From: a virus
Length of the DNA: 64,000 nt
IMG/VR virus record: IMGVR_UViG_3300032331_001766
Coordinates: 1 to 64,000 of that record
Strand: one strand, 5' to 3'
Of the stretch, positions 25,753 to 34,338 are shown one piece after another (position 1 is the stretch's first letter; every line of letters begins with the position of its first letter). The notes beneath the pieces were generated by a model that saw nothing but the letters and a program-made list of their open reading frames with translations, did no database searches and was not told where the DNA came from. Both the position numbers and the translations under genes were made by a program.

Positions 25753-25789
25753 AATAATAGTATAAGTTTATCTGTATAAAAAGTCAATA

Positions 25790-25987
25790 CTAACTATTGC
25801 TAGTAATAACACCCTTTAAAACAAGGGTGTCGTAAAGGCTTGCACACATTTGTCTATATTGTGGCTGTACCTGGATTAATTGCTTCTCTAATTCAACCAG
25901 ATCTTGTTTCTGATGAACTGCTGATTGACGCTGCATAATATTAATTGCTTCAACCATAATTTCTACTGCTTGTTCTTTAGTTGCCAT
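25790..25987 (-). CDS. hypothetical protein
   Basis: AGGAG RBS. Confidence 0.7.
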   Translation of the reverse strand: MATKEQAVEIMVEAINIMQRQSAVHQKQDLVELEKQLIQVQPQYRQMCASLYDTLVLKGVITSNS

Positions 25988-26195
25988 TTTGTTCTCCTGT
26001 TTCGTCTACCGTATACGATGGGCCTGGACCCAGCAAATAACCTTTATCATGATATTCTACCATTTTAGATATTTCATCACCACCAACTAATTTATTTCCT
26101 ATTACTGTCAATAGGTCATAAATTCTGTGTAACATTATGTAGTTAACCATAGGAAGGTTATCTTCTAGATTGCTGCTATTTGGCTCGTCAGCCAT
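25977..26195 (-). CDS. hypothetical protein
   Basis: GAGG RBS, overlap. Confidence 0.7.
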   Translation of the reverse strand: MADEPNSSNLEDNLPMVNYIMLHRIYDLLTVIGNKLVGGDEISKMVEYHDKGYLLGPGPSYTVDETGEQNGN

Positions 26196-26403
26196 TTTCC
26201 ACCTCTTTTACTTTATTTGATATTTTATTGTAAAGGTCTATACCTACAATTTTTTTATATGAGCATTCAAGGCAATATAAAAATATATTATCGTTCTCAT
26301 TTAGATTAGGAAGAAGAAGACCCTGGTCTATTGGGCATTCCAATTTAGACACAAGGCCTTCTTCTGATAAAGATATATATTTAGATACGTATTGTATCCT
26401 CAT
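26188..26403 (-). CDS. Zn-ribbon protein (CPxD...CxxC)
   Basis: GAGG RBS. Confidence 0.7.
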   Translation of the reverse strand: MRIQYVSKYISLSEEGLVSKLECPIDQGLLLPNLNENDNIFLYCLECSYKKIVGIDLYNKISNKVKEVENG

Positions 26404-26411
26404 TATTCCTC

Positions 26412-26972
26412 TTATGCTTTTTTAGTCGGGAATTGCGCTAGCCATTCCTTAGCTTTTGGGGTGAGTCCCTTCCAGCTTGACCAATCTGTTCCGCCATTGG
26501 TCATGTGATACGTTATCTCTGCGTTTATTACTGGATCAAATAATAGTATATTTGATTTCAGGTCAAATTTTTCTTTACGATCTACGCCGAGGTTACCCAA
26601 CATATTGATCTGAAAAATTCCATAGGAACTGTCTCCAGTTTTCCTGTTACCATTGTATGCCATTGGTCGTCCATTTGACTCCCTTTTGGCAATGGCCCAA
26701 GCCGTTTTAAGGGCTTTACCTTCAAAACCAACAGTTTGCAACAATTGTTTTAGTTCCAAATCTGTAAGCTTTTCTGAAGGCTTATAAACAGTATTGCTGT
26801 ACTTTTCTAAGGTTTCTTTCTTAAGTTGTACTTCTGTCTTTGGTTGTACTATTAAAGCTTGCGCTTGTGGTAAAGCTGGGTTTGCTGAAAATAGAAACAA
26901 TGTTATCATTGCTATTGCAGTCCAGTGATGTACAACATCGCTAAGCTTTTGTTTTATATTCTCCATTGGCAT
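26412..26972 (-). CDS. secreted/anchored lytic transglycosylase (lysozyme-like)
   Basis: N-terminal hydrophobic segment; RES(NG) catalytic Glu, SYGIFQIN, DPxxNA, WSSW. Confidence 0.85.
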   Translation of the reverse strand: MPMENIKQKLSDVVHHWTAIAMITLFLFSANPALPQAQALIVQPKTEVQLKKETLEKYSNTVYKPSEKLTDLELKQLLQTVGFEGKALKTAWAIAKRESNGRPMAYNGNRKTGDSSYGIFQINMLGNLGVDRKEKFDLKSNILLFDPVINAEITYHMTNGGTDWSSWKGLTPKAKEWLAQFPTKKA

Positions 26973-27051
26973 TTCCTCCTTTAGAGATAACGAACTATAA
27001 TACTATCATCTACTAGCAAGTAGTGTCAAGCCAGTCAACTAGAAAGAATAC

Positions 27052-28041
27052 ATGAAAATATCATTTTTTACGCCAACTATTAATTTAAAAAATTCTAATG
27101 GGTATGGTTATGCTGGATTAAACATAGTTAATTCTTTAAAAACACTAGGGTGTCAAGTTCCATATTCAGACCCTAAATCTCCAGTTCAATTTAATTTTGC
27201 ACAACCAGATCATTTTAAAATGCACAGAGGGCAATATCAAATTGGATATACTCCATGGGAATCTACAGTAATACCAGATAGATGGCGTGAAATGATTAAT
27301 GCAACAGATGAAATGTGGACAACATCAGATTGGTGTGCTAATGTATTTGAAGATAATGGATATAAAAATATAAAAGTTTTTCCTCATGGCATAGAAGACA
27401 TTTGGAAACCTAAAAAAAGAATAGAATCAGAAGTTATAAAGTTTTTACATGTTGGAGAGCCCGCACCAAGGAAAGCGGGACAAATGGTAGTAGATGCTTT
27501 TGTACATCTTTATGGAAATGATCCAAGATACTCTTTGACAATAAAAGCTTATCATAATAATACTACACGTATATATAATAATCTAGTAGATCGTAATATA
27601 ATAGGTTTACCACATCATGTATATAACAACATTAAAATAATTACAGAAGAATTAACAGATGAAGAGCTAGTAAGGCTTTATCATAAACACGATGTTTTGG
27701 TTTATCCTAGCTACGGAGAAGGCTTTGGCTTTATTCCGCTTCAAGCTTTAGCAACTGGAATGCCAACAATTTGTACTAGCGGTTGGGCACATTACGAAAA
27801 GTACTTAGGCCCATTAAAATTAAAATCAGAACTTGTAGATTCACCTTGGCCCTTCCCACACGAAGGTAAAGTTTTTGAACCGAACTATACACATCTACTT
27901 GAGGTTATGAGAGATGTAGTTCATAATTTTAAAGCATACTCTGGATATTATTATGCCCAGTCAACTAAAATACATGAAGAGTATAACTGGTTGCAGTTGA
28001 CCAATAAATCTTTTACTAACATATTTAAAAAATTTTCTTAG
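27052..28041 (+). CDS. glycosyltransferase family 4 (GT-B)
   Basis: WE(ST), RK, DVLVYPSYGEGFGFIPLQALATGMP. Confidence 0.9.
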   Translation: MKISFFTPTINLKNSNGYGYAGLNIVNSLKTLGCQVPYSDPKSPVQFNFAQPDHFKMHRGQYQIGYTPWESTVIPDRWREMINATDEMWTTSDWCANVFEDNGYKNIKVFPHGIEDIWKPKKRIESEVIKFLHVGEPAPRKAGQMVVDAFVHLYGNDPRYSLTIKAYHNNTTRIYNNLVDRNIIGLPHHVYNNIKIITEELTDEELVRLYHKHDVLVYPSYGEGFGFIPLQALATGMPTICTSGWAHYEKYLGPLKLKSELVDSPWPFPHEGKVFEPNYTHLLEVMRDVVHNFKAYSGYYYAQSTKIHEEYNWLQLTNKSFTNIFKKFS

Positions 28042-28131
28042 GCCTAGACCGTTTAAAAAAAGTTTGGTACACTTAGAACTTATTCAAAAATTAATCAATC
28101 CGTAAGGCGGAAGAAAAGGTGACACTAAAAA

Positions 28132-30066
28132 ATGTCTAGAACTATTGAAAACCCATATGAAAACTTTATTGCATTGTCTCGATATGCGAGATGGATTTCT
28201 GAAGAAAATCGTCGTGAAACATGGGGTGAAACAGTAGATAGATATTTTGATTTTATGTTAGATCATCTTTTTAAAGAGTATGCTTACGAACCAGAATCAA
28301 AATTAGTTGAAGAACTTAAGTCTGCAGTATTTAATCGTAACGTTATGCCATCTATGAGATCAGTAATGACCGCAGGAGCTGCATTAGATAGAGATCATGT
28401 TGCTGGATACAACTGCTCATTTGTTCCAGTAGACTCTCCAAGATCATTTGATGAAACAATGTATATTCTTATGTGTGGAACAGGTGTAGGATTTTCTGTT
28501 GAGTATAAGTATGTTAATAAACTTCCCGCAGTACCAGATTCATTTGATAAATCTACAACAGTAATTACAGTAGAAGATTCAAAGCAAGGTTGGGCAAAAG
28601 CATATCGTGAGCTACTTGCACTTTTATGGTCAGGACAAATTCCTGCAATTGATGTTAGCAAAATTAGGCCTTCTGGCGCAAGACTTAAGACAATGGGTGG
28701 AAGATCATCTGGACCACAACCTTTAGTTAATCTATTTGATTTTACTATAGCAAAATTTAAATCAGCAGCTGGTCGTCAACTTAAACCAATTGAAGCGCAT
28801 GACTTAATGTGTAAGATTGGTGAAATTGTAGTTGTTGGTGGAGTTCGCAGATCTGCAATGATTTCTCTTTCTAATATTAATGATATCGAAATGGCTGCTG
28901 CAAAATCTGGCAACTGGTGGGAGAACAATACTCAACGTGCACTTTCTAATAACTCTGTTGCGTATTCACGCAAACCAGATATGGAGCAATTTATTGCAGA
29001 ATGGAAATCTTTGTATGATTCAAAGTCAGGAGAACGAGGTATATATAATGTGGCCGCAGCTCAAGCCCAAGCAGCTAAATATGGAAGAAGAGATCCAGAT
29101 ATACACTACGGAACTAACCCTTGCTCAGAGATTATCCTACGCCCTTACCAGTTTTGTAACCTTTCAGAAGTCGTATTACGTGAAAAAGACACAGTTGAAG
29201 ATGTTGCAAATAAAGTACGTATGGCAACAGTTCTTGGGACATGGCAATCAACACTAACAGACTTTAAGTATCTAAGAAAAATTTGGAAAGATAATACAGA
29301 AGAAGAAAGATTATTGGGAGTTTCCCTTACAGGACAATTTGGACATAAGTTTTTTTCAGGAAAAGAAAATATTAAAAAACTAGAAGAGGTTTTAAACGGA
29401 CTTCGTGAACATTCAAGAGAAATAAATAAAGAAGAGGCTGGGAAAATTGGGATTCCTGAGTCTGCAGCTATTACATGTGTAAAGCCTTCTGGAACAGTAT
29501 CTCAATTGGTCGGGGTATCTTCAGGAATGCATCCATGGCATTCACCGCATTATATTCGTACAGTACGTGGTTCAAAAGGTGATCCAATTTCTACATTTTT
29601 AAAAGAAGTTGGCATTCCAGTAGAAGACGATGTTATGAAACCAAATGACACTTATGTATTTTCATTTCCAGTTAAGGCACCAGAAGGTGCAATTGTTAGA
29701 AATGATTTAACTGCGCTAGACCACCTAAATACTTGGTTAGTTTATCAGCGAGCATGGTGTGAACACAAACCTTCAATTACTGTATCTGTAAAAGAAGAGG
29801 AATGGATGGAAGTCGGCGCTTGGGTATATAAGCACTTTGATGAAGTCTCAGGAATTTCGTTTCTTCCACATTCAGATCACTCTTACAAACAAGCCCCATA
29901 CCAAGAAGTTTCAAAAGAAGAATACGATGCACTAGTTGCACAAATGCCTAGCAGTATTCGTTGGGAAGATTTATCTTTCTATGAAACAGAGGATGGAACT
30001 TCAACAAATGCCACTTTAGCATGTAGCTCAGATGGTAACTGTGAACTAGTAGATATTTCAGCTTAA
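28132..30066 (+). CDS. nrdJ: class II (adenosylcobalamin-dependent) ribonucleotide reductase
   Basis: YNCSF, GGVRRSA, TNPCSEI, CNLSEV, KPSGTVS, C-terminal CxxxxxC; no beta-subunit gene. Confidence 0.93.
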   Translation: MSRTIENPYENFIALSRYARWISEENRRETWGETVDRYFDFMLDHLFKEYAYEPESKLVEELKSAVFNRNVMPSMRSVMTAGAALDRDHVAGYNCSFVPVDSPRSFDETMYILMCGTGVGFSVEYKYVNKLPAVPDSFDKSTTVITVEDSKQGWAKAYRELLALLWSGQIPAIDVSKIRPSGARLKTMGGRSSGPQPLVNLFDFTIAKFKSAAGRQLKPIEAHDLMCKIGEIVVVGGVRRSAMISLSNINDIEMAAAKSGNWWENNTQRALSNNSVAYSRKPDMEQFIAEWKSLYDSKSGERGIYNVAAAQAQAAKYGRRDPDIHYGTNPCSEIILRPYQFCNLSEVVLREKDTVEDVANKVRMATVLGTWQSTLTDFKYLRKIWKDNTEEERLLGVSLTGQFGHKFFSGKENIKKLEEVLNGLREHSREINKEEAGKIGIPESAAITCVKPSGTVSQLVGVSSGMHPWHSPHYIRTVRGSKGDPISTFLKEVGIPVEDDVMKPNDTYVFSFPVKAPEGAIVRNDLTALDHLNTWLVYQRAWCEHKPSITVSVKEEEWMEVGAWVYKHFDEVSGISFLPHSDHSYKQAPYQEVSKEEYDALVAQMPSSIRWEDLSFYETEDGTSTNATLACSSDGNCELVDISA

Positions 30067-30998
30067 TGAAAATTGCTATTACTGGAGGAACTGGCCTACT
30101 TGGTTCAAACCTTGTTAACTACTATTCTGATTTAGGGCATGATGTTTATGTTTTAGTAAAAGATGAGTACCATACAGTATCTTTAAATAGCAATATTAAT
30201 AAAATTTATGGAAACATAACAAGCAAAGAAGATGTTGATTATTTTATTCAAAAAGCTTGTCCAGATTATTTTATTCATTTGGCTGCACAGACACAAGCCT
30301 ATGATTCTTTAAAATATCCTTATAACACTTTTTATATTAATCTTATTGGTACTTTAAATATATTAGAGTCTTTAAGAGAATACAATAAATGTAAATCAAT
30401 TGTTATTGCATCTAGCGATAAAGCCTATGGCGAGCTAAATGAAAAGGAGTATACTGAGTCCCACCAACTTAATGGGATATACCCCTATGACGCCTCAAAG
30501 TCCGCCACAGACCTTCTGGCAAGGTCTTACAAGAAGACCTATGAAATGCCAGTTGTAACAACAAGATCATGTAATATTTACGGTATTGGCGACAGCAATA
30601 AAGAAAGGCTGATTCCAGGAATAGTTAGATCTTATTTAAATAGCGAGCCGTTTGAAATAAGAAACGGCGGAAGAGATATTCGTGAATGGATCAATGTAAG
30701 AGATGTTGTTTCTGCTTATGACGCTATATTAAGATTTAATGAAAAAGATAATTCTGTAGACTCCTTTAACATTTCTTCTGGAGACAGATTTTCAACAATG
30801 GAAATTTTTAGGCTTGTTGAAGGAGCAATAGGTAATTCAGTCAACTGCAAAATTATAGATAGCAAGGGGCTTGAGATACAAAAACAATTTATGAGCTCAC
30901 AATTGCTTATTAGTAAAACTGGCTGGAAGCCAGAGTCTAATTTTATGAAAGACTTAAAAGAAACCGTAGACTGGTACTTGAATAAGCTAAAGAATTAA
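30066..30998 (+). CDS. NAD-dependent nucleotide-sugar epimerase/dehydratase
   Basis: TGGTGLLG, HLAA, SSDKAYG, YDASK. Confidence 0.92.
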   Translation: MKIAITGGTGLLGSNLVNYYSDLGHDVYVLVKDEYHTVSLNSNINKIYGNITSKEDVDYFIQKACPDYFIHLAAQTQAYDSLKYPYNTFYINLIGTLNILESLREYNKCKSIVIASSDKAYGELNEKEYTESHQLNGIYPYDASKSATDLLARSYKKTYEMPVVTTRSCNIYGIGDSNKERLIPGIVRSYLNSEPFEIRNGGRDIREWINVRDVVSAYDAILRFNEKDNSVDSFNISSGDRFSTMEIFRLVEGAIGNSVNCKIIDSKGLEIQKQFMSSQLLISKTGWKPESNFMKDLKETVDWYLNKLKN

Positions 30999-31063
30999 AG
31001 TATAATAACTATTAATGGGTAACCCCAAATTTTTGAGCAAATAGCTCAATAGGAGATGATAAT

Positions 31064-31306
31064 ATGGCCACAAAGAAATTTGACAAGGCTGATTTAAACA
31101 AAGATGGGAAAGTAACTATGCAAGAACAAATTCTAAACGCATTAGGAACATACGGAAGAGCATTTTTAGCTGCTGCTATGGCTCTTTACATGACTGGAAA
31201 TACAAATCCAAAGGATCTTTTGGCAGCGGGAGTTGCAGCTGTTGCACCCGTTATCTTGAAGGCGCTCAATCCAAATGACAAGTCGTTTGGCTTCCAAAAC
31301 AAGTAA
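31064..31306 (+). CDS. holin-like membrane protein with N-terminal EF-hand loop
   Basis: DLNKDGKVTMQE followed by 2 TM; AGGAG RBS. Confidence 0.6.
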   Translation: MATKKFDKADLNKDGKVTMQEQILNALGTYGRAFLAAAMALYMTGNTNPKDLLAAGVAAVAPVILKALNPNDKSFGFQNK

Positions 31307-31379
31307 TATTTAAAGTAAATTAGGATTACTCCTGTGCTAAAATAAGCATAGGAGTTTTCCTATTTAGGAGTACTAGCAA

Positions 31380-31742
31380 ATGGCAGGTCAGAATTTAGAA
31401 TCAAAAAATTTTGAGGTAGAGCAAAACACTACCTTTACTTTTCAGATTCAATATGTTGCAGACGATGAGGTTACACCAATCAGTTTAGTTGGTGCTACCG
31501 CAAAAATGCAGGTTCGTGATACACAAGGCGGATCCAAAATTGCTTGTACTCTAACTTCGCCAACAGGCGGAATAACTATCAATGGTGCCACAGGTACCTT
31601 GACTATAAAGATGACTCCTACTCAAACAAATAAACTGTTTTATCCAAAATCAGCTTATGATGTTATGGTTGTAGATTCCAATGGGAACAAGATCAAACTT
31701 CTTAAGGGATTTATGACATTAAGTAGATCGGTCACTATATAA
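31380..31742 (+). CDS. virion structural protein (BppU-like Ig fold)
   Basis: LxGxTAKMQVR...YD pattern; first gene of fibre cluster. Confidence 0.65.
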   Translation: MAGQNLESKNFEVEQNTTFTFQIQYVADDEVTPISLVGATAKMQVRDTQGGSKIACTLTSPTGGITINGATGTLTIKMTPTQTNKLFYPKSAYDVMVVDSNGNKIKLLKGFMTLSRSVTI

Positions 31743-32179
31743 TGGTTGAAAAAGTAATAGTAAAAGAAACCGTAAATAATATTAAGGTATCAACTCCTGG
31801 TCCACAAGGACCAAGAGGTAAAACTATACTTAATGGCGAAGGTGCACCAGCAGAAAACCTAGGATTAGAAGGAGATTTTTATTATGATAAAATTCTTACT
31901 AAATTCTACGGCCCAAAACTTTCAGATATAACTTGGGTGGGAGCAGAAAGCTATCTTTTAAGCACAAAGACACTTACTTACTCATGGTCAATTGGTCAAG
32001 TTGTAAATATGGGAAGTTACCATAAATTAGAGATCACACATAATTTGGCATACAACCCAAATGTTACCGTTAAAAATAGTGCTGGAGATGTATTAGAGAC
32101 GGGTATAGATTATAATAGTATTAACAAAATAACACTGATAATGGCTCAACCATTTGGTGGGACAGCGTACCTGTCTTAA
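31742..32179 (+). CDS. minor virion protein with short collagen-like GPQGPRG
   Basis: GxY triplets, GDFY, HNLxxxP. Confidence 0.65.
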   Translation: MVEKVIVKETVNNIKVSTPGPQGPRGKTILNGEGAPAENLGLEGDFYYDKILTKFYGPKLSDITWVGAESYLLSTKTLTYSWSIGQVVNMGSYHKLEITHNLAYNPNVTVKNSAGDVLETGIDYNSINKITLIMAQPFGGTAYLS

Positions 32180-32191
32180 AGGAGAAAAGAA

Positions 32192-34039
32192 ATGGCAAGA
32201 TTATTTGTAACTGATATCAATCTGAATAAGAATGAACTTCAGAACGCTAGAATTCAGGGGCTAAGTTCTGCTCCTTCAGCACCAGTAAATGGACAAATTT
32301 ACTTTAATACAACAGACAAGGTTATGTATTATTACAATGGATTAGCTTCACCAGATGGTCCATGGGTGCCAATGTCTGGATCAACGGAAGTTATCCAGGA
32401 CGTACTTGGTTCTGCTATCAATGGCGGAGTTGGCTTAACTGCAACTTATAATGATACAACTGGAGTACTTACTTTAGATTTAGATAACACTGCTGTTACA
32501 GCAGGTTCATACGGATCATCAACAAAAATATCAACATTTACAGTAGATGCACAAGGTCGTTTGACTGCAGCAGGTGAAGTAGATGCAAACCTTTCAATTG
32601 CTGGAGACACTGGAACAGATACAGTTAATGTATTAACTGATACGTTAACAGTTGCAGGCGGAGAAGGAATTGATGTTGCTGTAACAAATAATACAATTAC
32701 AGTTTCTGGAGAAGATGCCTCTACAACTAATAAAGGTGTTGCATCATTTAATACAGATGATTTTAATACAACAACTGGACATGTAGAGCTAAAAGATACA
32801 GTAGTTAAATCAATTACAACTGATTCTGGAGCGCTTACTCCATCAACACATGGAATTTCAATTCTTGGTGGAGAGGGAATTGATGTAACTCATACTGGTT
32901 CATCAATTACAGTAGCAGCAGAAGATGCAACATCATCAAATAAAGGCGTTGCAAGCTTTGATTCAACAGATTTCACCGCTACAGCAGGAAATATAACATT
33001 AAATGCTGAGCGTGTACAAGATATTGTTGGTGGCTTAGTTTCTGGCGGAACTGGAATTACAGCAACCTATAATGATGCTGGAAATACAGAAACAATTAGT
33101 ATTACAAATACTGGAGTCTCTGCTGGAACATATGGTTCTGCAACAAAGACATCAACAGTTGCAGTAAATGCCCAAGGACAATTAACTTCTGCATCACATC
33201 AAGATATTGCAATTCCATCTACACAAATTACTGACTTTACAGAAGCAGTACAAGATGTTGCTGGAGCAATGGTATCTACTAATACAGAAAATGGTATTGC
33301 AGTATCATATGACGATACTTCAGGTAAATTAAACTTTGATGTATCCGATTTTGATATTACATTAACTGGAGACGTAACTGGTAGCGGAACAGTAACAAAT
33401 CTAGGAAACGTAAGCTTTGCAGCAACAATTCAACCAAACTCAGTAGAGCTTGGTACAGATACAACTGGTAATTATATAGCAACAATTGCTGGAACAGCAA
33501 ATCAAGTAACAGTGACTGGCTCAGGATCAGAAACAGCAGCTGTTACAGTAGGCTTACCAGATAACGTAGAAGTTGTTGGAAACTTAAGAGTTGGCGGCAA
33601 CTTAAATGTTGTTGGAACAGTTAATTCTGTAAATACAACTCAAGTAAATATTGTTGATAATAAGATTAATCTTAATACAGACTTTACAGGAGCACCAACT
33701 ACAGACGCTGGTATTCGTGTAGAGCGTGGAACATCTGCTGATGTTGAAGTATTATGGAATGAGTCCTCAGATAAGTGGACACTTACAAATGATGGTACAA
33801 ACTACCACTCAATTGCCAGAAAATTTACTTCAGACATAACAACAACAACCGAAGCCCCATTCACATTTGTGGCAACACACAATTTAGGAACAAGAGACGT
33901 TACAGTACAAATTTTTGCAACATCTTCTCCATGGAACCAAGTTGAATGTGATGTTGATCTAACCTCTACATCACAAGTAACTCTAACATTTGCAACACAG
34001 CCAACAGCTGGTGCATATAGAGTAGTTATTGTAGGATAA
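32192..34039 (+). CDS. tail fibre-like protein
   Basis: Thr/Gly-rich, AGxYG..VDAQGRLT repeats, C-terminal HNLGTRDV. Confidence 0.75.
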   Translation: MARLFVTDINLNKNELQNARIQGLSSAPSAPVNGQIYFNTTDKVMYYYNGLASPDGPWVPMSGSTEVIQDVLGSAINGGVGLTATYNDTTGVLTLDLDNTAVTAGSYGSSTKISTFTVDAQGRLTAAGEVDANLSIAGDTGTDTVNVLTDTLTVAGGEGIDVAVTNNTITVSGEDASTTNKGVASFNTDDFNTTTGHVELKDTVVKSITTDSGALTPSTHGISILGGEGIDVTHTGSSITVAAEDATSSNKGVASFDSTDFTATAGNITLNAERVQDIVGGLVSGGTGITATYNDAGNTETISITNTGVSAGTYGSATKTSTVAVNAQGQLTSASHQDIAIPSTQITDFTEAVQDVAGAMVSTNTENGIAVSYDDTSGKLNFDVSDFDITLTGDVTGSGTVTNLGNVSFAATIQPNSVELGTDTTGNYIATIAGTANQVTVTGSGSETAAVTVGLPDNVEVVGNLRVGGNLNVVGTVNSVNTTQVNIVDNKINLNTDFTGAPTTDAGIRVERGTSADVEVLWNESSDKWTLTNDGTNYHSIARKFTSDITTTTEAPFTFVATHNLGTRDVTVQIFATSSPWNQVECDVDLTSTSQVTLTFATQPTAGAYRVVIVG

Positions 34040-34041
34040 TC

Positions 34042-34338
34042 GTGGCTAGACAATTTCTAACCCCACTTACATTAGCGCTATTAGAAGAAAATCCAGCTAG
34101 CCCAATTGCTGGACAAATTTATTATAATACGACAGAACAAACAATCAAAGCGTATAACGGAATTGTTTGGTACGATGTAGCTGGACCTAAAGAAATTCTT
34201 GAGCACACTCACGGAACAGATGGCGCAGTAAATGAAGTGTTGTTTGCAGATTACGTTGATGAAGATAGAGTCTTTGCAAACTCTGGAAACATAGCTTCAA
34301 GTTTTATATATGATTATATTGATGGGGGTGGTGCATAA
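34042..34338 (+). CDS. small virion protein
   Basis: P...GQIYYNTT....YNG..W fibre motif. Confidence 0.65.
   Translation: MARQFLTPLTLALLEENPASPIAGQIYYNTTEQTIKAYNGIVWYDVAGPKEILEHTHGTDGAVNEVLFADYVDEDRVFANSGNIASSFIYDYIDGGGA

Noticed and set aside
28132-30066. Intein or intron in RNR; class I assignment
   Set aside because: The ORF is continuous at 644 aa with no insertion evident, and no beta-subunit gene is present, consistent with class II.
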